Notes under the pieces: generated by a model
Databases searched by the model: none
The model's input: the letters and a program-made list of their open reading frames with translations, nothing else
Told to the model about the DNA's origin: nothing
Assembly: GCA_964627255.1 (NCBI GenBank)
Contig: CAZVIN010000083.1
Coordinates: 86,114-150,113 of the forward strand
Direction: 5' to 3'
Source: an uncultured Eubacteriales bacterium
Lineage (GTDB): Bacteria > Acidobacteriota > Aminicenantia > Aminicenantales > CALLJL01
Length of the DNA: 64,000 bases
Shown: piece after piece, positions 56,765-64,000 of the stretch
Layout of the letters: the number at the start of each line of letters is the position of its first letter
Position numbering within the stretch: position 1 is the first letter of the stretch
Made by a program: the position numbers and the translations under genes

Positions 56765-57940
56765 ATGAAGACTCTCAGCGACCTCGATTTTCGAAACAAA
56801 ACAGTCTTCCTCCGGGTTGATTTCAACGTCCCCTTGGATGACGCTGGTCAGGTACGGGATGACACGAGAATTAAAGCGGCCTTACCGACGGTTCGTTATA
56901 TCTTGGATGAAGGAGCTAAGCTCGTTATGGCCTCCCATTTAGGCCGGCCTAAGGGAAAATATGACCCTAAGCTGAGCCTAAAACCGGTAGCCCTTTGCTT
57001 ACAAGAACTATCAGGTCGGCCCGTCATTCTGGCTCCGGAGGTCGTGGGGCTAGAAGTTGAGCGGCTCAAAGGGGAACTGAAACCCGGAGAAATTCTTCTT
57101 CTGGAGAACCTGCGGTTTCACCCAGGAGAAACGGCTAATGAAGAAGCCTTTGCCCGGCAACTGGCCTCTCAGATAGACATTTTTATTAATGATGCTTTTG
57201 GGGCTTCTCACCGAGCTCATGCCTCAGTTGTGGGGATGGTTAATTTCGTTTCAGAAAAAGCGGCTGGTTTCCTCATGGAAAAGGAAGTTACTTATCTCCG
57301 TAAGGTCGTTGAGGAGCCCGTAAGACCGTATGTTGCTGTCTTAGGTGGAGCCAAAGTTTCTGACAAGATTCCCATCATTGAAAGCCTGATAGCTAAAGCC
57401 GACGATATCCTCATTGGTGGGGCTATGGCTTATACTTTTTTCCGGGCTCAAGGCGTGGATGTGGGCCAATCCTTGGTGGAACCAGACCAGTTTCAAACAG
57501 CCTCAGACATTCTCAAAAAAGCCAAAGAAAGAGGGGCTAGTCTCTATTTCCCCATTGACCATGTGGTTGCCCCTGCTCTTAAGGCTGAGGCCTCGACAGC
57601 TATTTTGGAATCCTTCCCTTTTCCCACTGACCTGATGGCCGGAGATATTGGTCCGAAAACAATTGCCATGTTTCAGGCAGTCCTCAATAAAGCAAAGACA
57701 ATTTTCTGGAATGGTCCTTTAGGGGTTTTCGAACTCGAGCCTTTTTCAAAGGGAACGGTCGAGATAGCTAAGGCCATTGCCGCCTCCAAGGCAATCTCTG
57801 TTGTTGGAGGCGGCGATTCCGTGGCGGCCTTAAAAAAGGCGGGTGTCTTAAGCCAAATTACTCATGTTTCCACAGGCGGCGGGGCCAGCTTAGAATTTAT
57901 TGCTTACGGCACGTTGCCCGGACTCGAAGCCTTGGAATAA
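56765..57940 (+). CDS. pgk: Phosphoglycerate kinase
   Basis: 'FLRVDFNVP' and 'ASHLGRPKG' motifs. Start taken at the ATG 5 nt after the gap stop. Confidence 0.9.
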   Translation: MKTLSDLDFRNKTVFLRVDFNVPLDDAGQVRDDTRIKAALPTVRYILDEGAKLVMASHLGRPKGKYDPKLSLKPVALCLQELSGRPVILAPEVVGLEVERLKGELKPGEILLLENLRFHPGETANEEAFARQLASQIDIFINDAFGASHRAHASVVGMVNFVSEKAAGFLMEKEVTYLRKVVEEPVRPYVAVLGGAKVSDKIPIIESLIAKADDILIGGAMAYTFFRAQGVDVGQSLVEPDQFQTASDILKKAKERGASLYFPIDHVVAPALKAEASTAILESFPFPTDLMAGDIGPKTIAMFQAVLNKAKTIFWNGPLGVFELEPFSKGTVEIAKAIAASKAISVVGGGDSVAALKKAGVLSQITHVSTGGGASLEFIAYGTLPGLEALE

Positions 57941-57963
57941 ATATTAGACGAGGTTAACTCATT

Positions 57964-58764
57964 ATGGTTTCAGAAAATAAGCTTTCTAAACGAATTCCCT
58001 TCGTTGCTGGCAATTGGAAAATGAACAAAACGCTGCAAGAAGCCAAGGAGCTGGCGACTGAAGTGGTCAAGGCTTCGAGTTCGCTCCTCGGGACCGAGAT
58101 TGTCCTCTGTCCACCCTTTACCGCCCTCAGCGAGGTCGCTAAAACCGTCGAAGGAAGCTCAGTCCAGCTGGCCGCGCAGGATGTATTCTGGGAGGACAAG
58201 GGGGCTTTTACCGGAGAAATCTCCGCCCTAATGCTGAGAGACGTGGGTTGCCAGTATGTGATCGTCGGCCATTCAGAAAGGCGACAGATGCTGGGTGAAG
58301 ATGATTTAACGATTAATCGTAAACTTAAAGCGGCCTTACGCCAACAAGTTTTCCCTATCCTCTGTATCGGTGAAACCCTCGAGGAAAGGGACTCAGGAAA
58401 GACTCTTCAACGCATTGAAGGCCAGTTAAAACAAGATTTAGAGGGTCTAAATAAGGCTGAAATCAGTCAGGTAGTGGTGGCCTATGAACCAGTCTGGGCT
58501 ATTGGTACTGGCCGGAACGCAACTCCATCGCAAGCTCAAGAAGTGCATCAATTTATCCGACAAATCTTGGGCCAAAGCTATGGTCAGGAGCTTGCCTCCT
58601 GTGCTATAATTATTTATGGTGGCTCAGTTAAGCCTGAGAACGCTTATGCTTTGATGGCTGAGCCCGATATTGACGGTTTCCTCGTGGGAGGGGCTTCCCT
58701 CGAGGCCAAAAGCTTTATTAAAATTATCGAGCAAGCTCTGAAAGCCAAGAAGGAGAAAGAGTGA
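57964..58764 (+). CDS. tpiA: Triosephosphate isomerase
   Basis: 'AGNWKMN', 'GHSERR' and 'AYEPVWAIGTG' motifs. Confidence 0.9.
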   Translation: MVSENKLSKRIPFVAGNWKMNKTLQEAKELATEVVKASSSLLGTEIVLCPPFTALSEVAKTVEGSSVQLAAQDVFWEDKGAFTGEISALMLRDVGCQYVIVGHSERRQMLGEDDLTINRKLKAALRQQVFPILCIGETLEERDSGKTLQRIEGQLKQDLEGLNKAEISQVVVAYEPVWAIGTGRNATPSQAQEVHQFIRQILGQSYGQELASCAIIIYGGSVKPENAYALMAEPDIDGFLVGGASLEAKSFIKIIEQALKAKKEKE

Positions 58765-59150
58765 GCGCGCTATTAATTTTATTCCATGTTATTATTTGCG
58801 TGATTTTGATTGTCGCGGTACTGCTTCAGTCAGGCAAGGCGGCCGACCTGGCCGGCTCCTTTGGTGGTGTCGGCAGCCAGACAGCTTTTGGACCGCGGGG
58901 AGCAACAACCCTGTTGGCCAAAGTCACAACTGGAGCCGCTGTTCTTTTCATGGTAACCTCAATCGGTCTTTGGCTCCTCTCTACTAAGGAAGAAAAATCA
59001 GTCATGAAAGGAGCCCCCGCGGTAACTGAAACGCAGAAAAGCGAATCAGCGCCAGCAACGCCGACAGAAAAGAAGCAGACGACCCCTGCTCCGACTCAGA
59101 ACGAAGAGAAAAAAGAGACCCCGGCCAATAAACCCGACACTCAGAAATAA
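58761..59150 (+). CDS. secG: Preprotein translocase subunit SecG
   Basis: 'LLQSGKAADLAGSFGG' SecG motif. GTG start overlapping the tpiA stop. Confidence 0.8.
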   Translation: MSALLILFHVIICVILIVAVLLQSGKAADLAGSFGGVGSQTAFGPRGATTLLAKVTTGAAVLFMVTSIGLWLLSTKEEKSVMKGAPAVTETQKSESAPATPTEKKQTTPAPTQNEEKKETPANKPDTQK

Positions 59151-59157
59151 AAGGGAG

Positions 59158-59245
59158 GCCGAAGTGGTGGAATTGGTAGACACGCTAGCTTGAGGGGCTA
59201 GTTCCCGTTAATATGGGAGTCGGGGTTCGAGTCCCCGCTTCGGCA
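59158..59245 (+). tRNA. tRNA-Leu (GAG)
   Basis: GCCGAAGTGGTGGAATTGGTAGACACGCTAGCTTGAGGGGCTAG-(long variable arm)-CGGGGTTCGAGTCCCCGCTTCGGCA. Anticodon loop TTGAGGG. Confidence 0.85.
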
Positions 59246-59374
59246 CTCCTGCTTAGAGCCCTCCTATTGTAAGCAAATAATAGGTTCTTGACCTTTCTTA
59301 TTTTTCGGCAAACTCTTGATAACCATAAAGGCCCTTATGATTACCATTCACTTATTTGTCTTATTAACAATTGA

Positions 59375-59488
<114 letters not shown>

Positions 59489-59658
59489 CGGGGTTTTAAA
59501 AAAACGGGCGTTCTCTCCTTGCCTTTTTTGCTGAAATTGGTCTTTGCTTTACTCTTAAGCGGGTCCCTTTAGAGATATTGCCTTCCACAGGAAGAAAGCG
59601 GCCTCAAAGTCCAAATACTTAAAAAAGAAAAATCTAAGAATGAGGGAAGAACGAGGCG

Positions 59659-60114
59659 TTAGGTGCGGCTCGCTACCCAAAGAGAGAACTCCATCTCCTC
59701 CTTGGAACCAGAAAGACGGTCTATTTCTGTCCCTCGATTCACAATGATAAAGGTGGGAACTGAGTTTATGCCGTAGCCGGAGGCTAATTCTGGATACTGG
59801 TCAACGTTGACCCGCGCTACCATTATTTCTCCTGCTCGGCGGCGGGCTAATCTTTCCAGAATCGGTTTCATCCGCAAGCAATGAGGACATTCATTCGAAT
59901 AAAATTCAAAGAGGATTGGCAGGCCCGCATTTTTTACCAGGATATAAACTCGTTCGGGTGAGAGGTCAAGAACCGACCCCGGTTCAGGTAAAGCGTTATG
60001 GCACCGACCGCAGAGAATCCTTTTGCCCTTGGCCACAGCTTCAGCCGGAAAACGGTTAGTCGCCCCACAATGAAAGCAGACAGTTTTAAGCGTTTTCCTT
60101 TCATCCATCCCCAA
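59659..60114 (-). CDS. Thioredoxin-2-like protein (N-terminal 2xCxxC zinc ribbon + thioredoxin fold, CPHC active site)
   Basis: 'CFHCGATN...CGRCHNAL' Zn ribbon as in E. coli TrxC. 'YSNECPHCLRMKP' redox motif. Confidence 0.7.
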   Translation of the reverse strand: MGMDERKTLKTVCFHCGATNRFPAEAVAKGKRILCGRCHNALPEPGSVLDLSPERVYILVKNAGLPILFEFYSNECPHCLRMKPILERLARRRAGEIMVARVNVDQYPELASGYGINSVPTFIIVNRGTEIDRLSGSKEEMEFSLWVASRT

Positions 60115-60134
60115 TTGCCTTCGGCCTAATTTTA

Positions 60135-61475
60135 TTATAACAGTTCAAAGGAAATTAAACCTGTTTTCTCTCTTATTGCTTTAAGAATCATCTCCTTGGA
60201 GACTTTCTTTTCTTTTTCCGCTTTGACCGCAAAAAAGAGTTCCGCTGTAGTCAAAAGACCGTTACCGTCAGCCACCGCCTCTTCGATTTGTTCGGAAGTG
60301 AAAGGGACTGGCCGGCTTCGAGCATCCTGGCGAAAATGATAGTTACCGACGAGCAAGGCCTTCATTTTGGTGTTATCGAACTCCTGCATCCGTCGGGCTT
60401 TGAACTTTTGGAGAACAACCAGGTCATTTTCAGGAGCTGAGCTCGGACCGCTGCGAATAATTACCAAGAATAAAGGGCTGGTCCTAATTTTTTCCTCGAC
60501 CGTTCGACCCTTAGCGTCATCTATTAGCCAGAGATCTTCTTCCTTAATCCGAATAACTCTTTTCCAATATTCATCAACATCGACCACATGCGGCCATTCA
60601 AGGTAAGTAAAGGCGTTGAAAACGGCTTTTTTCAAGTCTTCTCCCTGGCCAGTCAGCAATCGAAAAAAAGGCTCCTGTTCGTTTTTCTTTAATTCTTCCG
60701 CTTGCTTCCTTAAGTGAAAAATGGTCTCTCGATGCCGCCGTGATTCTTCCTGAATCTCCTTAAAGATATTAATTAAAGCCGGGAAATAATAATCAGGGCT
60801 TTCGACCCAGGCAAAGGGATTTTCCTCAAAAAGCGGCGGGACAAGCGCGGGTAGAGTTTGCCTAAGCATAAACCGCACTACCTCGATGTTCTTCTCGCCG
60901 AACCAAGGGAGAAGAAAAAGCCAACCCTTCCCTTTCCGCAGGGCCGCGGCTATCGGGCGCTGTCGATAATTCCGGGCCAAAATCTGCGCTTCGACCGCAA
61001 CCATTCCTTGTGCTGCAGGGATCGAAAGAAGCTCCTTACTTTCATCTTCATCAGGGAACAATTCATAGGACTTGACGATATGAGAGGCGAATTCCTGGAG
61101 CAGCCGGCCGGCCGGGTTTTCGGCGACAGAATTGATCAGAGCAGGTCTTTTATTTGCTTCCAGCTTCAAACTCGGGATTGGCCCGAATAAATTTTCTAAA
61201 TGAAATTCCTCACCAGCGCCCAAGAAGGCCACTATTACTCCTCCTTCAAGCAAAAGAGCCTCAAAATTGGCCGCATCTCCGACATGAAGTCCTGAGCCCG
61301 CGTCTCCCAAATTGAGTTGGAAAAAAACTATCCGGCAATCAAGCGGCGGGACTAAACTCTCTACCCGGCCTGATTTCCAGTTTGTTTCGAGCACCTCGAC
61401 GTCCCATTTTTCAGCCTGAAGCTGCCGCGCTTCTTCCCCTAAAAAGTCAAGAAGGAGAATTTTAGCCATGGCCAC
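60135..61475 (-). CDS. Hypothetical 446-aa protein, no recognisable family; co-transcribed with the Trx2-like gene
   Basis: Long ORF with ordinary composition, 20 nt upstream of the trx-like gene on the same strand. No Walker, HTH or catalytic motif recognised. Confidence 0.5.
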   Translation of the reverse strand: MAMAKILLLDFLGEEARQLQAEKWDVEVLETNWKSGRVESLVPPLDCRIVFFQLNLGDAGSGLHVGDAANFEALLLEGGVIVAFLGAGEEFHLENLFGPIPSLKLEANKRPALINSVAENPAGRLLQEFASHIVKSYELFPDEDESKELLSIPAAQGMVAVEAQILARNYRQRPIAAALRKGKGWLFLLPWFGEKNIEVVRFMLRQTLPALVPPLFEENPFAWVESPDYYFPALINIFKEIQEESRRHRETIFHLRKQAEELKKNEQEPFFRLLTGQGEDLKKAVFNAFTYLEWPHVVDVDEYWKRVIRIKEEDLWLIDDAKGRTVEEKIRTSPLFLVIIRSGPSSAPENDLVVLQKFKARRMQEFDNTKMKALLVGNYHFRQDARSRPVPFTSEQIEEAVADGNGLLTTAELFFAVKAEKEKKVSKEMILKAIREKTGLISFELL

Positions 61476-62131
61476 CCCCTCTATCCAAGGTTATTCCCAT
61501 CGGGAAAGGTCCATTTCGTACCCTATTATCACTATTAGCTTGCTTCCTGTCAATCATCAGGCAGGGGGAAATCCTCACCTCACCGGCTCTCACCCAAACT
61601 GTCTAACCTTGACTTAGATTAAATGATTCTCTCTATGTTGTGTGAGGCGATCATGGTGCGCTTGGAATGCCCCGCTTTTAATCAGGTTTTTGACACCACT
61701 CCCTCTTCGCTTCTCTCGGCGCCGCCAGAACTTAGCTCACTAAACACTGCGGAAGCCTGGAAGTCTTTAGACCAGTCTTCTCTTCTTCCTTTGTCCGGTT
61801 TAGGCTCAGACACATTCAGGGGCCAGAAGCTGCCAAAAGGTGATTCGGGAACCCCAAACTTTCGCCCTTGCTTTTGCCTCTCAGGTCTGGCCCACAACGC
61901 CACCAATAAAAATAGGAGGGAAGCAATTAAAAAATTTTGTCAGCAGAAAAAACGGCGCTCACCCGCCGTTGATAGCCCTTCGGAACAAAAAAGAAAGCAG
62001 CAAAATAAAGTAACTGGTCGAGTTGACAAAATAAGGCGGATAAGGCATAATTATAAACGGTGCTGGCTGAAAACAAATCATAAACCCCCTCCTTTCGCTA
62101 TTTATCCCCCAAAACCCCTTATAGCCAGCAC

Positions 62132-64000
62132 CTATCCTTTTTGCTTGAGACTCTCTAAGAAGACAGCGACTACCTCTGGGTCAAAAAGCCGGCCGCTTTG
62201 CTGCTTAATAAAAGCTATGGCTTCCTGTTCAGACCAAGCGCGGCGGTAGGGCCGGTCACTGGTCAAAGCATCATAGACGTCAGCTACTGCAAATATCCTG
62301 GCGGCCAGAGGAATTTCTCCCTTTTTTAGCCCGCGAGGGTAGCCAGACCCATCCCAGCGTTCATGGTGACAATAGGGAATATCAAGGGCTGGCCTTAAGA
62401 ATTTGATGGGATAAAGCATTTCATAGGCAGTTCGGGGATGCTGACGCATTACGTCCCATTCGGATTCGTCAAGCGGCCCGGGTTTAAATAAAATATGGTC
62501 AGGTACAGCGATTTTACCTATATCATGAAGAATAGCCCCGCGACGGATATGAACTAACTGTTCTTCTCTTATTCCCATAGCCCTGGCTATTTGCAGAGTC
62601 ATTTTAGTCACTCTTTGAGTATGACCTTCTGTTTCTTTATCTCTTAAGTCTAGTGTTTTTACCCAACCCTCAATAGTCGCGTCGTAGGCAACTGTTAACT
62701 CAATATTTGCTCTCTGTAATTCTTCATAAAGCTGGCTGTCGGCAATGGCGACAGCGGTTTGCGCGGCGAGGGCTTCCAAAAATTCGAGCCATTCCTTTTG
62801 GGGGAAAGACCGCCCACTCTGGAAAACAGCCAAAACACCTTTAATCTCGCCCTTAGCCACAAGCGGGACGGCATAGCCTTGAGAGAAACCTTCCTCCTTC
62901 CAGAAACGACGGAAAATGGTTGGCTCCTGTTTTAGTTCTGCCTCGGTTAAGGAGAAAAGACGCCTTTCGAGAGCGGCCTGGCCCAAAAATCCTTCACCCA
63001 AGTGAAAGCGCAGGCTATCTCTAAGATAAGTGCGAAGGCCGCTGCCCGCAGCATATTCCAGCTGATTAAGAACAGGATTAAAAAGGAAAACAGCCGCGGC
63101 CTCAGCCTCAAGATGGGTCTTTACTTGCTCGCTCAAAATATCCAGGATTACTCTTAATTCCGTCGTGGCGGAGATGGCTAAATCTATCGTGCGTAGGGCG
63201 CTTAAATGTCTTAAACGACGCTGCGTTTCTTCGAAGAGGCGAATCCGATGCAAGGCTATCCCCGCTATTTCCGCTAAAGAAAAGAGAAGCTTCGTTTGTT
63301 CTTTCTTTAACGGTCGAGAAGCGGGCGCAGAAACAAAAATCAGCCCCATGTTCTTTTCCGCCACTTTAATCGGGAGACAAAAAGCCTGCCAATTCTCTGG
63401 GATTAGACCCTTCCTCGGTTTCAAAACAAGCGGGTCCTCGCTTACATTATGGGTAAAATAAGCTTGGCCCGTAGAAAAAACATGCCCGACTATCCCCTCC
63501 CCCGGCTTTATAACCTCCTCCTCGAGAGCTCCTAGCCAGCCCCGGCCAGCGACAAGACGCAACTCTTCAGTCTCGGAATAATAAAAGTAAATGGCTCCAG
63601 CCTCGAGGTCCAAAACGGCCAAAATCTCTGTTAATAAAATAGAAAGAGCTTCAGACGTTTTTTCTGCCTGGCGTAGGGTGGTTGATATTTTATTAATAGC
63701 CTCAAGTTCAGCCAAACGTTGGCGTATTTCCCGCTCCAACCTTATTTTTTCCAGGGCTGTTCCTAACTGAAAAGCAACTGTCGCGAGCAGGCGTTCATCA
63801 TCCTCGGTAAAATAATTGGGAGAAGCGCTCTCGGTGTTAATTACGGCGATGACCTTATCACCTATCTTGATAGGTACAGCTAATTCGGAAAGAGTTTTGG
63901 GGTTAGCGGCAATATAATTTTTTTCCTGACTCACGTCGGCCACTCTTTTTGGCTTGCCTTCTTCCGCCACCTGGCCGATGACGCCTTCGCCAAGGGGGAT
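62132..64000 (-). CDS. GAF-GAF-HD-GYP signalling protein (probable c-di-GMP phosphodiesterase); N-terminus continues beyond the window end
   Basis: HD-GYP signature 'HDIGKIAVP...HHERWDGSGYPRGL'. Two upstream GAF-like regions. The reading frame is open to the window edge. Confidence 0.8.
   Translation of the reverse strand: MPLGEGVIGQVAEEGKPKRVADVSQEKNYIAANPKTLSELAVPIKIGDKVIAVINTESASPNYFTEDDERLLATVAFQLGTALEKIRLEREIRQRLAELEAINKISTTLRQAEKTSEALSILLTEILAVLDLEAGAIYFYYSETEELRLVAGRGWLGALEEEVIKPGEGIVGHVFSTGQAYFTHNVSEDPLVLKPRKGLIPENWQAFCLPIKVAEKNMGLIFVSAPASRPLKKEQTKLLFSLAEIAGIALHRIRLFEETQRRLRHLSALRTIDLAISATTELRVILDILSEQVKTHLEAEAAAVFLFNPVLNQLEYAAGSGLRTYLRDSLRFHLGEGFLGQAALERRLFSLTEAELKQEPTIFRRFWKEEGFSQGYAVPLVAKGEIKGVLAVFQSGRSFPQKEWLEFLEALAAQTAVAIADSQLYEELQRANIELTVAYDATIEGWVKTLDLRDKETEGHTQRVTKMTLQIARAMGIREEQLVHIRRGAILHDIGKIAVPDHILFKPGPLDESEWDVMRQHPRTAYEMLYPIKFLRPALDIPYCHHERWDGSGYPRGLKKGEIPLAARIFAVADVYDALTSDRPYRRAWSEQEAIAFIKQQSGRLFDPEVVAVFLESLKQKG

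Noticed and set aside
61623-62249. 208-aa ORF as a real gene
   Set aside because: Low-complexity composition, no RBS, and its 3' end overlaps the HD-GYP gene on the opposite strand.

Overview
This 64 kb window is a chromosomal segment from a bacterium with an anaerobic lifestyle: it encodes a glycyl-radical enzyme with its radical-SAM activase, a four-subunit 2-oxoacid:ferredoxin oxidoreductase and a GAF/HD-GYP phosphodiesterase, and the RNase P RNA is of the bacterial type. GC content is roughly 50 %. I can support about 56 protein-coding genes, four tRNAs (initiator Met, Ser-GGA, Ser-CGA, Leu-GAG), one RNase P RNA (rnpB), one palindromic operator and one compound tetranucleotide microsatellite. 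I see no transposase, integrase or CRISPR array.

Housekeeping content: nuoJKLMN (complex I membrane-arm subunits, without nuoA-I nearby); dnaX-ybaB-recR; gap-pgk-tpiA-secG; the four-subunit 2-oxoacid:ferredoxin oxidoreductase; tadA, tsaE, nnr, apt with a purine permease; rocD (ornithine aminotransferase); and a homoserine-dehydrogenase-like gene.

The candidates I rate most likely to be undescribed:
1. A three-gene signalling operon (445-6486): a Cache-type sensor histidine kinase, a response regulator whose output domain looks like glycine-cleavage H protein (GcvH), and a 1068-aa protein combining HEAT repeats, a phosphoribulokinase/uridine-kinase-like P-loop and a C-terminal beta-propeller.
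2. A GntR-regulated operon (8129-12128) for a glycyl-radical enzyme of unknown substrate plus its activase, with a perfect palindromic operator.
3. An operon (40479-45471) joining a two-subunit Tat-exported molybdenum hydroxylase, a 4-oxalocrotonate-tautomerase-family protein and two fold-type-II PLP enzymes.
4. A PlsY acyltransferase fused to a CdsA-like (CTP_transf_1) domain (54332-55537).
5. A Trp/Tyr/Gly-rich tandem-repeat secreted protein (32085-33242).
6. A thioredoxin-2-like zinc-ribbon protein paired with a 446-aa protein of no recognisable family (59659-61475).
7. rnpB overlapping the 3' end of an NtrC-family regulator gene on the same strand (19364-19456).
8. A (CCAA)3(CTAA)7(CTAT)9(CTGT)9 microsatellite next to tRNA-Leu (59375-59486).

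All protein family assignments are motif-level readings of the supplied translations; no database search was run.
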